DNA of 64,000 bases from positions 32,674,001-32,738,000 of the forward strand of contig CM126233.1 of assembly GCA_052327205.1 (NCBI GenBank), in the 5' to 3' direction. Both the position numbers and the translations under genes were made by a program. Positions 1 to 13,900 of the stretch are shown one piece after another; within the stretch, counting starts at the first letter, position 1; every line of letters begins with the position of its first letter. The notes beneath the pieces were generated by a model, which had not been told where the DNA came from, searched no databases, and saw only the letters and a program-made list of their open reading frames with translations. Source of the DNA: Somniosus microcephalus (lineage: Eukaryota).

Positions 1-1378
1 TTCTGGTGCTTCTGACTGCTGCTTCTCACCACGATGTCCGCAGAGAAACAAAAGGCAGCTCCCCGCTTCAACGAAGACTTCTTCCATCCATAAAGAGAGA
101 AAGCTGGAATTTCAGGAACAAGTGCAGGAGGCTCTGACTGGGTTTGCATCCACGGTGACTGCAAGTGTGCAGAGAATGGAGGCGTGCAGCTTAAACATGA
201 GCAATGCTGTGGTGCACGCAATGACGAATGTAGGTCCCGCCATGGAATAGATGGCAACCTCCATGGAGGACATAAATTGCCAGACGCAAATGAACATGGT
301 GACTCTTCTAAATAGATGGTCAGCTATGGAGGATAGATGGGCATCTATCATGGAGAGGAACCAGAGGTACATGGACGTCCCCGTTATGAGGACTGTCAGT
401 ACAGAGACGGGTCCTCATGGCCCCACTGATGTGCAGCAAGGTGCTCTCCAGCTACACGAGAGGGATGATGGTGGGAAGCAACATGCAAGTGGGGGCTCCT
501 CTCCAAGCGCTCCAACTTCCATCCCCTTGGTCAGAGCCTCAGATGACTGCCGGCGCAGTGATGGTCGAGTCTGCCCCTGTGCTGCCACAGGAGGAGCAGA
601 CTTTGGCGGGGCCTTCAAAGGCTCCAAAACCCAGACGACGACTGCCAAAGGTGTCTAAATAGGCGCAGCAGGGAAGTGAGCAGGCTGTCTCCACATCTGC
701 TGAAGCCACAAGGGTAGCACAATGTAGAAGCACATGGAAGAGAAAGCCGACACATAAATGATCACAAGGATAATCACTTGGGTGTTCTGATAAAATTCAA
801 TGTTAAGTTTCTGTTCTTTTATTATGTTGGAATAAATTAATCTTGTATGAACGTTTGACATCGTTGCCATTTGTGTGCTCACAATTTGAGGTGGCACAGT
901 GAAGGGTGAGGACGCCTTTTATGTCCAGCAATGCAGGTGACAGTGGATATAGAGTTAACAACATACACTTACAGCCTCAAGACAGTATCCCAAATTGTGA
1001 AATCAGCAACCTCTGACATTTGAAATTGAACAGATTTGAGAGTGCAGCTTTTAGACTGCAGTTGCAGCTGTGAAGGTTCCAGCTCGTTGGTCTTCCCAAC
1101 ACACTTACCTGGCATGATCTCTGAACGTCGTGAAACCCAAATAAAATGTTGGACAATTGCAAAAGGCTCTCAAAATAACAGTTATCAAGCACTTAAGTGC
1201 CTTAAATCCCTTACCCGCCGCTTGGTGTCGGGTCTGTTGTGAAATCGCAGACCCGACACTCTTGAAACTCACACAGAGGCGGGTTCGCGGCAGGTTTCCA
1301 ACCCACCGTCAATCATTGCGACTTTAACATCTGACCTGCCTCCGAACCCGCCCTCTGAGCGCCAGAAAAATTGCGGCC
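1..1378 (+). mobile_element. Degenerate PIF/Harbinger-like transposon (right part)
   Basis: A KAAPRFNED-like Myb/SANT start motif near 50-80, a low-complexity ORF at 251-658, and a CpG-rich subterminal region ending AAAATTGCGGCC. The left end is not in the window. Confidence 0.45.
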
Positions 1379-1384
1379 AGAGCG

Positions 1385-2450
1385 ACTGAGCACTTGGACA
1401 GGCATCAGTTGTTCAAAGAGAGTAAGCATGGATTTGTGAAGAGAGGGCCATGTCTGACTAATCTAGTTGAATCTATTTTTGAGGAGGTCACAAGCATGGT
1501 GAATAGGGGAGTATTGGTATAGGGGAATATGGACTTCCAGAACACATTTCATAATGTTTCGCACAAGCGATTATTAGCAAAAATGGGTGTGCTTGGAATT
1601 AAAGGTAGCCTTGTGGGTTGGGGAGTAGGAGACAGAGAGTAGGGATAAAGGGTTCATTCTCTCATTGGCAGGATGTGACAAGTGATGTGCCCCAGGGATC
1701 TGTACTGAGACCTCAGCTTTTCGCCATATATAATGACTTGGATGAAGGAATGGAGAGTTGTACATACAAGTTTGCAAGTGACAGTAAGTTAGGAGGCACG
1801 GTAAGTTGTGTGGATGGGAGGAGAAAGTTACAAAGGGACACAGTCAGACTAAGCAAGTGGGCAAAACTATGGTGAATGGAGTTCAATGTGGGCAAGTGTG
1901 AGATCATACACTTTGGATCTGAGAAAGACAAATCAGAATATTTTCTTAAATGGTGAGAGACTAGGAGCTATAGAGGAGCAAAGGGTTTAGATGTCCATGT
2001 ACACAAATCACTAAAAGCTAGTGGACAGGTACAAAATGTAATTAAAAAGGCTAATGGAATGTTGGCCATTTTCTCAAGGAAATTGGAATTCAAAAGCGAG
2101 GAAGAGATGCCTCAGTTGCAGAGAGCCCTGGTCAGACCCGATCTGGAGAACTGTGTTCAGTTTGAAGCACTGGACCTCAGGGAAGATATTTTGGCCTTGG
2201 AAGGGGTACAGCGCAGATTCATCAGGCTTAAGGGGCTAAATTATGAGGGCAGGTTGCATAAACTTGCCTTGTACTCCCATGCATTTAGAAGGGTGACGGG
2301 TAATCTAATCGAGGTATTTACAATGAGTAATGGATTTAATCGGGTGGATAAAGAGAAACTATTTGCTCTGGGGGGGGGGGGGGGGGGGCTCCAGAACAAG
2401 GGGGCAAAATCTTAAAATTAGAGAGCGGCCATTTGGGAGTACGATGTAGA
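1385..2450 (+). mobile_element. CR1 LINE ORF2 (RT) fragment, degraded
   Basis: Remnants of SKHGFVK, VPQGSVL, KFASDSKLGG, ALVRPDLENCVQF and ALEGVQRRF, with frameshifts. Confidence 0.93.
2370..2388 (+). repeat. Poly-G tract (G19) expanded inside CR1
   Basis: Seen directly. A second run, G17, lies at 32268-32284. Confidence 0.9.
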
Positions 2451-5400
2451 AAACAACAGTGAGAGTACTTCATTGGCTGTAAAGTGCTTTGGGATGTCCT
2501 GAGGCCGTGAAAGACGCTACATAAATGCAAGTCTTTCTTTTCTAAAAGGCCAATGGACTCACCCAATCGGCTGGCAATCTGTGAATTATTAGCTGTTTTG
2601 CTGCACAGCTGGCTGGCAAACGCAGGTCTCACACAGCTAGTAGAAACTTATGGACTTCCAAAAGTGCCAGTGCCAGAAAGGAGATTGAAAGAGAGATCGA
2701 GAAGTATCATACAGTATGAGAATGTGCTTGAAGCATTTACATTTTGGTACGGTGAAACTTAAGGAGGCTGATTTATCCATTTGAATTGCAAGCCCCGAGG
2801 GTGGGATTGTGATCTCTGATTAACTGTCTGCTGCATGTGGTGGTAAACAAAAAGAATGAAAATGACACACAAACCCCACCCACCCACCCACCCAAAAAAA
2901 GTGTATTATTTTCTTGGTTAACACAGGCACAAAAGGATCATTGTAAGCAGTGTGCATTCAATGAAAGTTTTTTGGGGTTCTGTTTATGACACATGGGGCT
3001 GATCATATGAAAACGTCTTAATCTTCAAAATTCTGAACATGCACTAATGCAGCCCAATGGTGCAAATGTTTTTGTGTTCACTCGCCGTGCCATAAGTGGT
3101 AAAACAAGGCTTCACACCCGTGATTCCTGATCTGAAGGCAGGGAGGAAGAAAAAGGCCCGTCAGCAAAGCACATGTATTGGACTTCTAAGGTAAGGTACT
3201 GTAGGCAAAGAAGCTTCAGCAGTCATTTAAAAAACAGTTGGAAGTTATGAATGTAGGTTCTTTCTGGGTGGACGTGCTCAGGTGGGCTGAAGTCTTTCCT
3301 CATCTGCACCTATCTTGTGCTTATGCTGCTCTCTAAAATACTGTCCTACAGCCAGTTCCATGGAGCATTGGCAAAAACCTGGGAAGAGGCCAACAGCTTG
3401 TGCATGGCAAATGAGGGAGGGGAGGGGGAGAAAGAGAGGTTGGATTTCTCGTCGGCAACAACTCACTGAAAGCAGAGGGACAACATGAACTTGCGCAGCT
3501 GCTTCAACAGTCAATGGCTTACATGAATTTTTAATCAAACGCCCACGTGTTCATCAGATTAATCTTCCTAACGATTAACATGTCAAGTGATGTACAAACT
3601 TCGTCAGTGCTGATAACATTACAGTTCTTGCACAGTAAATTAAAAATAATGAAAATGGTGCTAAACAGCAGGGAGTGTAGTTTCCTCGCATAACTTCCCA
3701 TCCTTCTCAGCTGAAAATGATGATTCATGTTGACACTTCTATGAGCACTGCCAACCCTCGGCTACCTCGCCCACGTCAACATTCTTCATCTATATGCCTA
3801 GACAATGCTCTTCAACCGGACGAAGGACAGAGCTCAATCCTATCCATATGCCTGCACTTTCTTGTGGGAATCACAGGTAGCCATAAGGAGCAGGAATCCT
3901 ACTTGAGTTTTTCTCCTTCCTACTCCGGGGGCACAAAAAGAATCGTAGTTGTCCACATCACTGCCCGAGCTGAAGCCAGGTAACTCGACATTGACCAGGA
4001 TGGAACCACGGACCTTCCTCACCTGAATGGTTCAGCATCACTCCATGTGGCGCATTTACTCACTGAGCCATCAAAAGAGCTCTTAAGATAATCATTTGCT
4101 TTAGAATTGTTCATACTAATTTCAAAAAGCAGTTACAAAGCGTTTCTGTCAATTGTATACTTTTTTCCCCCTCTTTTAGGCATCCAGCTTTGATGACATA
4201 ATTGGAGAAATTAGCCAAAAGGAGTTACAGAGCCCGACAGCTTGAGGGGGTTGAATTAACGCATTCAGCGGAGCAGTCGGATAACATTAATTGTCTCTCT
4301 GCTGTTAATTGGACTCTCACACTGCTGGATTCAGAAACTCCTTCAACCCAGTTCCTCCTGATAAGGACATAGAACTCAGGGCTCAGATTAAAATATTTTT
4401 CAGAAAAGATGCAAAATTAATTATAATTTTTCTGCTGGTGTTCAATTTTAAAAATTAAAACGGGTACAGAAGACAAGATTGCCTTTAAGATCAGATTGGT
4501 TCATTCTACTTTGCTCTTCTTATCCTTTTTCGATGTTACTGCTGCTTAAATTTCGATATCATACAAAACATACCGACAGAGAGAGCTTTCCTGTTCTCCC
4601 CATGTTTCCCGAGGCCACCGACCCATGCAGGGTTATGGTTCCACAGGTGCCAGCGGTCCCCTTGTGCCTCACTCAAGTGGCCGTATGAGCAGGCAGCGAG
4701 TGTTCCCAATATTCGGCACGGGAGGCATCACAGCCAAGTGCAATACCGCCCTCACCCAAGGGCTGCCGTGTGGAGTTTTATAGCAGGGACCACTTAACAG
4801 TGATCGGGGCGGGAGCCCCAGCTGATTTCAGCCCTCCTTACCCCGGGGAAGCAGGGGCCAAATGTAGCAGCCCAGCGGAAAGCAACTTAATTCAGCTCGG
4901 GCTTTCTTGCTCTTTACGGCTCAGAACCACATTAGGCAGCACAATTAACCATTAGGAGAGGTTTCTTAGCATAAATGCAAAATCATAGACTTGTACAGCA
5001 CAAGAGGAGGCCATTCGGCCAATCGAATCTGCGCTGCTCTTTCGAAGAGCGATCCAGTTCGTCCTACGCCCCCAATAACTTGAACAAAGCTCTCACTTCC
5101 ACAGAATCTACAACTGTAGATATACACAAGCTTGGAACTCAGTTGATTGCTATCCATCCAAGGCTACTTCAAATTGTACTGGAAGAAGTGCCACAAACAT
5201 ATTTTTAAAATTGGAATTTAACTCCTATCTGACCATCAGGTTCCGGTCCCAAGTATTTCAAATAGGTCAATAAATGAAAATATTTTTAAAAACATACAAC
5301 TAAATACGTCAATCATCAGCAATGGATCACCCTGAGCATGTGATCCCTTTGGATTCACATCCAAGTGATGTTGAAACTGCAAAGTAGAGCTTGTGGAAGG

Positions 5401-6124
5401 CGTAAAGATTTTAGCAAACAATTCAAGTGCGTCGTGCGTGACTCGTACAATTCAATTGCTTGTTTTAATTAACTCTGGAGGAAAAATTATTTCCTGATGT
5501 ATTCTATATTCCTGCAGCAAACGAAGCCAGCCAAGAGCATTCCTGGGGGCTAATTTTGAGTGCCTCCTCCTGAAAAGGGTGTTGGGTCACTTACTGTCCC
5601 GTTTAGGCTGGTGCCATCTTCCGTAGGGTCTTAAGAAGGATCACTGGAGTGCCCACCTGTTCCAGGCGGGAGGCCACTTTTAATATGCAAATTGGTGTCC
5701 TATGATGTACAAAGGACACCGATTGTATGAAGATGCTAAACCCAATTAATGCTGTTGCTTTGTTCTACTCCTTCAACTACATACACGGCACTTAAGTGCA
5801 GGAGAAGCAGGTACACAAGTCCCTATCTATAATTCTCAACACTCCAAGAAATTCTCAACATTAACAAAATAATGCGCTTCTATAGGAACTGGCAGCCAGC
5901 GTTCCATTAGCCATATAGCAGCTAGCATCTTGTCCCTTTACCTTTTTGTTTGTATGGTGATTTTAGTTTGTGTCTTTTTTGTCCTATTCCCTTCTTGTTT
6001 GTTACATCTCTTTCCAGTTATTTCCTTAAAAAAAAATCTTGCAGCCCATTAAGCGCCATTACAACAGTTTGGATTGCTCGACTTGTGACCTTCACCCCCT
6101 CCCTCTTTGTTCTGGTCACTCCAA

Positions 6125-6245
6125 TAAAGGTGCTCACCTATCTTTCTGAGGAAGGGCCTCCATTCCAAGACATTAACCTTTCTTTTCTCTTTGAAGCAGA
6201 TCGAGCGGTGGTGTATTTCCAGCATTATCTGTTTTTATTACAGCA
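6125..6245 (+). repeat. Degraded Penelope terminal-repeat remnant
   Basis: TCTGAGGAAGGG...ATTAAC...GTATTTCCAGCATTATCTGTTTTTATT resembles the right arm of 48762-48999. Confidence 0.5.
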
Positions 6246-6384
6246 CATGACCCCAAACTAAACCTCAGCGTTAACCAGTGGCTGCCTCCAAATGTATGAA
6301 CTAGCCACGATGCAACCACTACTCGCAACTGCTTAATTGTTGTTTACACATTAAACGAACCTTCTCCATTTATACAGCACTTAC

Positions 6385-6450
6385 TTGGCTTTGAAGGGCG
6401 AGTCTGGGATCTGAGCTTTGGCTTCCAGCGAGCTTTCATACTCTTTACCC
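6385..6450 (-). CDS. SCAPER: SCAPER internal coding exon
   Basis: 66 nt encoding (R)GKEYESSLEAKAQIPDSPFKA(K), compared with recalled human AKEYESLMETKNSGSDSPYKAK. Acceptor TGCAG| and donor AA|GTAAGT, phase 2/2, fitting the previous exon. Confidence 0.92.
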
Positions 6451-6811
6451 CTGCATACAGTGAACAGAAGAAAGCCATTAAAACATTAGCTGCTGTGTCT
6501 TATACTAATCTAAAATGGCCAGTATATATTATTCATTGATGCAACAGAGAATAAACTCTGTTTCCTCGTCACGTCTCTCCCTTCCTTCAAACACTTATTA
6601 AAATCCTATGTTTTTGACTGCACTTTCAGGCTAAACTTCTCACCCTTAACCCATACAGTCCCCCTTTGCAGTCCTCACTCTCACCAGTGAAGTGCTCAAA
6701 GATGCTCTTCTACATGAGGCACTAAAGATGCAAGTTGTTTTAGGGTTATGTTACATTTTTTTAATTCCATAATACAAGTATTCACTGCAACTTCATGGTA
6801 TCTAATTAAAA

Positions 6812-7765
6812 GGGAGCTAGATGTAATATCTCCAAATTTGCAGACGACACAAAGCTGGGTGGGCATGTGCGCTGTGAGGAGAATGCCGAGAAACTACAGG
6901 ATGATTTGGACAGGTTGGGTGATTGGGCAGAAGCATGGCAGATGCAGTATAATGTGGATAAATGCGAGGTTATCCACTTTGGTGGCAAAAACAGGAAGAC
7001 AGATTATCTGAATGGCAATAGATTGGGAGAAGGGGAAGTGCAACAAGACCTGGGTGTCCTTGTGCACCAGTCGCTGAAGGTAAGCATGCAGGTGCAGCAG
7101 GCGGTTAAGAAGGCAAATGGTATGTTGGCCTTCGTAGCAAGAGGGTTTGAGTACAGGAACAAGGATGTCTTGCTGCAGTTGTACAGGGCCTTGGTGAGAC
7201 CACATCTTGAGTATTGTGTGCAGTTTTGGTCGCCTTATCTGAGGAAGGATGTTCTTGCCATGGAAGGAGTCCAGCAAAGATTCACCAGGCTGATACCTGG
7301 GATGGCAGGAATGACATATGAGGAGAGATTGGGTCGATTGGGCTTGTACTCGCTGGAGTTTAGAAGAATGAGAGGGGATCTCATTGAAACTTATAAAATT
7401 CTAACAGGACTAGACAGACTAGATGCAGGAAGGATGTGCCCGATGGTCGGGGAGTCCAGAACCAGGGGTCACAGTCTAAGGATAAGGGGTAAGCCATTTA
7501 GGACAGAGATGAGGAGGAATTTCTTCACCCAGAGAGTGGTGAACCTGTGGAATTCTCTACCACAGAAGGCAGTAGAGGCCAATACATTAAATATATTCAA
7601 GAAGGAGTTGGATATATTTCTTAAGGCTAAAGGGATCAAGGGATATGGGGAGAAAGCAGGGACCGGGTATTGAATTGGGATGATCAGCCATGATCGCATT
7701 GAATGGCGGAGCAGGCTCGAGGGGCCGAATGGCCTACTCCTGCTCCTATCTTCTATGTTTCTAGA
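6812..7765 (+). mobile_element. 5'-truncated CR1 LINE with uninterrupted RT C-terminal frame and 3' UTR
   Basis: SKFADDTKLG...LVRPHLEYCVQFWSPYLRKD...VVNLWNSLPQ to the stop at 7673, then the 3' UTR GGCCGAATGGCCTACTCCTGCTCC and a TTCTAT-type tail. Confidence 0.96.
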
Positions 7766-9299
7766 AAAATGGCTCTGCTCAATTCCTAGTCAAGCAAAAC
7801 AGCTGATTTTAACCAACATTCCTCAGCTAATCCACTGTGATTTTTGATCATTTTTATACCATTTACAGGTGTGTGTAAGTACACGTAGATGGTGAGTTAG
7901 AGGATATGCTGTCTTATAACAATAGGGATACTGTCAAAGTGTAATGGTGAAATGTTACAAGTAATTGACACTTGCAGGAAGTGTGGGCACTAGGCAGGAC
8001 TTTTAATAAATCACAGATATAGATCTCTTCCTTTCTAGTTGTGCCCATGATCAGCCACATTCTAAACTTTGATTCTTCAGTTATATCCAGCACTGCAACA
8101 CTAAGAATCCATTCAGACACCAATTTCCAGGAGTTGAGTGTTGGGTTACAGCAGACAAACTGGAACAGCAGTTGATGCAGTAATGATGTTGTCCCTTTAA
8201 ATTACTTAAGCGCCCTCTGTAACTATGGTACGATATACTATCACTGAAGCTGCTAGTGACATCTACTGACAGAGCTTCAATGCTGCAAGAATTTTTTCTT
8301 TTTTAATATATTATCAAGGCTGGCCAATTTGACCTTTTGGTCCTTTTTCCTGTAGTGTCCATTTGTATCATTGGATGTAGGAGTTTATCAATCCATTAGC
8401 TTTTTATCCCCATATCTTGCAGTAAGCAAGCCTGTCAGAGTTATTTATAGGCACACCTGAAGAAAGAATATTTTCCACATTAAAATAAAGACATTGCTGA
8501 AATCTAAATTTACTTTAACGGAACACATGTTCGGTAGGTGTGAAACAAGCCCTAGATGTTTAAAAGATTAAATCCCTAGGTGATGGGCAGATGCCCATCT
8601 TGTAAGACAGTACCGAGACTGAAAAGAGTGCCAAAGGATAACATAAATCAAGTAGGAATGGTGAAAGGACACCAGTTTTGGTATTAAAAACCTATGGATT
8701 GTAGGAGAAGGGATGACTGAGAAAGGGGGCTCATTCCATAATTCAGACGCCTGAGAAAGAATGACCGAGAGTAGGAGGCAGTGTGCGAAGTCTTAAATTT
8801 GCAAACTTGTGAAGTAACTATCTATTAAAGAGATACTACACGCTTGGGCATTAGAATTTTGCTGTGACTGTTTGAAGGGGTTAGTCTTGTAATTTTTCCG
8901 CTTCCTTTTCATCCATATTTTGTCCTATTTAAATTATTAAGCTTCTTACCGCAGATGCCAAGTATAATCATTGCCTTTGTTAAAGATATTAAAGTGTGAT
9001 TTGTCTTACATGTTATGAGAACTCATCCATAAGACATGACAAGCCAAGTTGGAAGCTAATCATTTTCTGAATTAGTTTCCGACTAATAACGGAAATAATT
9101 CAGTTTCAAATAATAGTCTGATGGCGGTCCCAATTCAGAATGAAGTCATAAATTCAAATAAAAGCCTTGATTTACATTGTTTCACCCCCACCCACCCGAC
9201 TTCCTCTCTTGAAGGCAGTGATTCACGTTGGGGTACAGTTTCATTGGTACAAGCCACTGCTTCACCCAAGTGGCCAATCTTCATGTGTGAGCCTGGAGC

Positions 9300-9679
9300 G
9301 TCAGCCGTGGCTCAGGGGAGAGCACTCTTGCCTCTGAGTCAGAAGGTTCTGGGTTCAAGTCCCACTCCAGAGACTTGAGCACAAAAATCTTTCGGATGAG
9401 ACGTTAAACCGAGGCCCGTCTGCCCCGGATGTAAAAGATCCCATGGCACTATTTTGAAGAAAAGAAGGGGAGTTATCCCCAGTGTCCTAGCCAATCAAGG
9501 TAACAAAAACAGATTATCTGTTCATTATCACATTGCTGTTTGTGGGAGCTTGCTGTGCGCAAATACCCCGTTTCCTACAACAGTGACTACACTTCAAAAG
9601 TACTTCATTGGCTGTAAAGCGCTTTGGGAAGTCCTGAGGTCGTGAAAGGCGCTATAGAAATGCAAGTCTTTCTTTCTTT
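9300..9679 (+). mobile_element. SacSINE1-like SINE with internal deletions, inserted in an older SINE
   Basis: Matches 56691-57162. Both flanks continue the older repeat family. Confidence 0.87.
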
Positions 9680-10529
9680 AGACATTGAGTGCCGGCAGGC
9701 TGTTCAACTATGGAAGGGCATCACAGCCCAATTCTATCTGACATCCGTACATACACTTCCCAGCCACAGTCACAACCACAAGCAGGAACCTTGTCTGACA
9801 TTTTGTTCCCCATCTTAGCTCCAGGGGACTGAGATCAAATGTAATAATCTCAGGACTGAGAGGCATTTTTTTCCTGAGGGTAAACCAGGCCACAACCTGA
9901 CTGTTCAGAGAGCAGTTTTAGTATAGGTATAGTTCTGGGGATAGATTTATGCATTATCATTCAGGGAATAGTGCAGAGCAGTAGCAGGGCAGAGGAACGT
10001 ATAGAACCTTACAGGGAAAGAATAGAAATGGGGGAGGGTTGTGTTGAGAGAGACTGAGCTGATTAAAACAAACCACTGTCAAACTAGGTAACAACTTGAA
10101 CTGAGGCCTTTCCAAAATATAATCTTGCATAATTACAGCTGAAAAGGCAACTAAAAGATCAAGTAGTTATTTGCCTTGGGCAATTGCACTGATGCCAGCA
10201 AATTGATGAATAACTTTCTAGAAGAGGTACTGCCAAATAAGCAGAAGAAAACTTTTTAAATTTTGTTCATTATATTTACAGCTGGATATCCGTTGCCTAT
10301 AAATCCACACATTTATTTATCATACAAGTACTGCTCTTAAAAGTAAAGGGAGATGAAGAATCTTTCTATAGACATTTACCATTTTAAACAGAATGGCTTC
10401 ACGTCACTGTGTATTTATGGATATAGAATCTGTCACCAGCACTTTTTTATGCTGACCTGCTATCTTGATCCTCATTTTAATGATCATCCCGTCAATAAAA
10501 GGTACCTTTACTAAATAAAATTAACATAA

Positions 10530-10980
10530 AGCTCGGCTCCGTTGGCAGCATGCATATCCGAGTCAAAAGGTTGTGGGCTCAAGGCCCATTCCAGGAACTG
10601 AGCACATAATCTAGGTTGACACTTCATTGCTGTACCGAGGGAGTGCTGCACTGTCTCGAGGTGCCGTCCTTTGAGGAGACTCTAAACCAAAGCCCATTTA
10701 AATGGATGTTAAAAGGTCCCAAGGCACTACTTGACAAAGAGTAGGGAACATCTGGTCAATTTTTCTGGCCAATGTTTGTCCCTCAACCACCAACAGCAAA
10801 AACAGATTAACTTGTCATTCATCTTATTGTTGTCCATGGGATCTTTCTGTGTACAAGTGGCCACCACGTCTCCCCACATTAACAATTACTGCAGTTCAAA
10901 CTAATTTATTGCGTATGAAGCGCATTGATATGCTCCCGAGAGATATGACTACGTCTTAAATGAATATAAGTATTTTCTTT
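10530..10980 (+). mobile_element. SacSINE1-like SINE, diverged
   Basis: Colinear similarity to 56691-57162. Confidence 0.75.
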
Positions 10981-13900
10981 GCACAGCATTCGACAAGAAC
11001 ACATACTGAAACATACAAATGTGTTTCTGACAAGTTCATAAGAATCCAAGTTATTTGAAGAGGTGTTTGGCTGGCGTATAAAAGGACTCCATGGTCTCTT
11101 AAAAAATGTTTTCAAGTCACTCGCAAAGTGCTTTTTCATCAATGGCCACTTGGTAACTCCTAACAAGTATCAGAATTAAAATAATAAACTTTCACAGCTG
11201 ATTTGCTAATAAACAGTGCGACAATGTTCCAAACAATTATATGAATTCTGAAGGTACACAGAGTTTGAACCACTTGTTCACTCGCAAACATATGAATTAA
11301 CGCCATAGGCTGGCGTGTGGTTTCGGTAAAGCAAAATGGTATTCTTTACAAGATGTGGTCACTCACTGTTGCTTAAAAAATGTTCAACTGCCTCCACGTA
11401 GCTTGTTTATACTGGCTAACAGCCACAGCGCCCAGAGATAAGAGGCACCGCTGCTCTGATACTGCCTCGTTTGGCTCCAGCATGCTCAGATCAACAGGTG
11501 AAAGCTGTCACCCAACCATCAGCCTTCACAAGTCCTTGTTGCTGGAGGTATCCAACAGTACTACAGTGTAATTTGGTACCAACCCACTCAGATCAGTAAT
11601 CCAGAAGAAAGCTCGTGCAGAATCACTGCACAAATATGTAGACAAAGGGGAGACCTACAGGAAGTTAGCAGGGCATTGCGACTCATTGCTTCACGGCAGC
11701 CAGGCTCTTTCTTTTTGAAATATAAACTTTTTACAAGATGTTTGCGAAGGAGTATATTTTAAAAGAAAAAAAATTCTGACACGCTAATGATTTTACCGAG
11801 TTGAAAAGAGAGGGAAAAAAAACTTCATAAATCTAAACTTTTACAAAAAGCTTGCAAATAGTAAGATTGACACAAAAAATGCTCAAGGATTGAAAAAGCA
11901 GTGAAGATGAATTTTTCCCATTGTAAAAGCAGGAGACAAAGAATTGAGGAATGCTGCCAGAACAAGGCACTACATACAGTGGCAAATGAGGGAGATTAGA
12001 GGATTAGCACAGTTCCTGTATGGTGCTAAAGTTTCACAACAACTTGCATTTATATAGCATCTTTAAAGTAGAAAAACATCCCAAGGCATAATCAGACAGA
12101 AATGATTTACCAAATTGGCAGTGCCCCAATGGTTGACTAAGCCGAATGAATGAGTAGCAAATTAATCCTATTCTTCTGTCTTTTTTTTGCATTGCAATTC
12201 ATTTTACCCAATTTTATAATTTTCCTGGTACCGTGTTTCCCACCAGAGTTGGTCCTCCAGTCATGGAGACTTCACCATGACTGTCATCACTCAGGATTTA
12301 ATAGGGTCAATCTAGGTGTTGGCTCCACAGCTTGTGTTAAAATAAACATAAACAGCCCCAAAACTCAGCAGTGTTAAATAGAGTTGTAAAAATTGTACCC
12401 AAATGGGTCATGTCCAATGGCTCCCCCTTAGCCAACGTCACCAAGGCAACAGAGGAGTCGTTGGGGAAAATGAAAACTTATATATGGCATGCATCTAAAA
12501 GCAATAACTTATATTCAAAGCACTTTCTCCAAGACGGCCTTTTCAATAGCTATTCTATTGCTATTTTAATCCTTTGAGTGCAGGCTGACTAACTTTGTAT
12601 GAAAATAAAAATCTAAAATCTTCAGTGCAGGACATATTAGTAATGACAAAATAGTCCATTTTATTTGTGTAATATAAACTATAATATTTTCACTTGTACA
12701 GAACTTTTTCTGTAGATGTATCGGCAGTCGACGTAGCATTCAAAAGTCAGATGTAACAAAGTTCTCCAGATGTTCTATGTAGAACAGGGAGGTGGGAGAT
12801 AATTATAAAGCTATAACCGCTCTGGAAGATTTCAGATAATGCCAAAATGCAAGATTATTAGCAACCTGTGAACTCAGAAATTCAATTACAACTTTCAAAG
12901 AGGGAGTTTCACCAACAGAACCGCTTTAAAAAAAAAGTTAAAGAATTAGGATTAATCTGTTTTTCGCCTGTTTCTTTTGTAGAAACTGTGAGCACTGATG
13001 ACATCACTGAAGGATAGAAGAGATTTGGCGCTGGAGTCGCCGGACAGCATAAAGGAGCTGAATTAACATTAGCAGAGATGTTAACTCTGGGGCATTGGGC
13101 AATCGCATTATTCCAGCTGCACATATTAATCCAGTTTGCTTGCACTGTTGGGCTCAGTAACTGCTCCATGTCAATTACCTCATGTCATCAGCGCTTGCTG
13201 TTTAAGCCAAATTATTCAAGTAAACACAACCAAAAACAGATAGGAAAAAAAGGCACCATTTTAAAGAGTTAATCGTGAGCTTTTATGGTGGTTTTGTTTG
13301 TTAAGAGAGTTTATGCATTGTGACAGTGCACTGTGGAGCATCAATATTCAATGCCACAGATCAGTGCGATGCAGAATCAATTCGCCCCACTCTACTGAGT
13401 CTCGATGCTGCGAGAAAGCAGTAAGTGAATCACAAAGCACTCTTACACTTCAGGAGTTCACCTGATGATAGGCACATGGTTCTTGCTAGGCACAAGCAAT
13501 CCAACCTGTAGGGATCCGAGAAGATCGTAAATGCAAGAAAATGTGAGTCAAAGAATCGGTCATAGAAGCAAAAGCCTCTTGTTGCAGCAGATCCGTGGAT
13601 CTCCCTTCAATTTGCATTAAAACCAAGCAGGCATGGAAAGAAAAAAATAAAATGGGAAGTTCGTTGTGGAGGTCATTCTCCTTCAACAAGAAAGAAAAAA
13701 ATATTTGGATTCCTTCCTACAAGAAGGAAAGACATTGCAGGCAGAGTTATTTTGCATATGTGCATCCTGGCCTGAAATCAGGGTTGCTATTTTGGCAGCA
13801 GCTATTCTGCAGGCTGAGGGTGTTAGTGGGGAGATTCATGGAGGAGGGAGGAAATGGTAGTACTGATGTCAAGACACTCCAAGAGTAGCAGATTTACAGA

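Noticed and set aside
3531-3728. Minus-strand ORF with FNLLCKNC, faintly like SCAPER YNLTCNNC, and a TTTTCAG acceptor
   Set aside because: The similarity covers only a few residues, the two intervening SCAPER exons (LQRLAK..., ENVADQ...) are not found between 6385 and here, and the rest does not align.
6867-7673. 268-aa ORF as a host gene
   Set aside because: It is the C-terminal part of CR1 ORF2 in a 5'-truncated insertion, without the endonuclease or a promoter.
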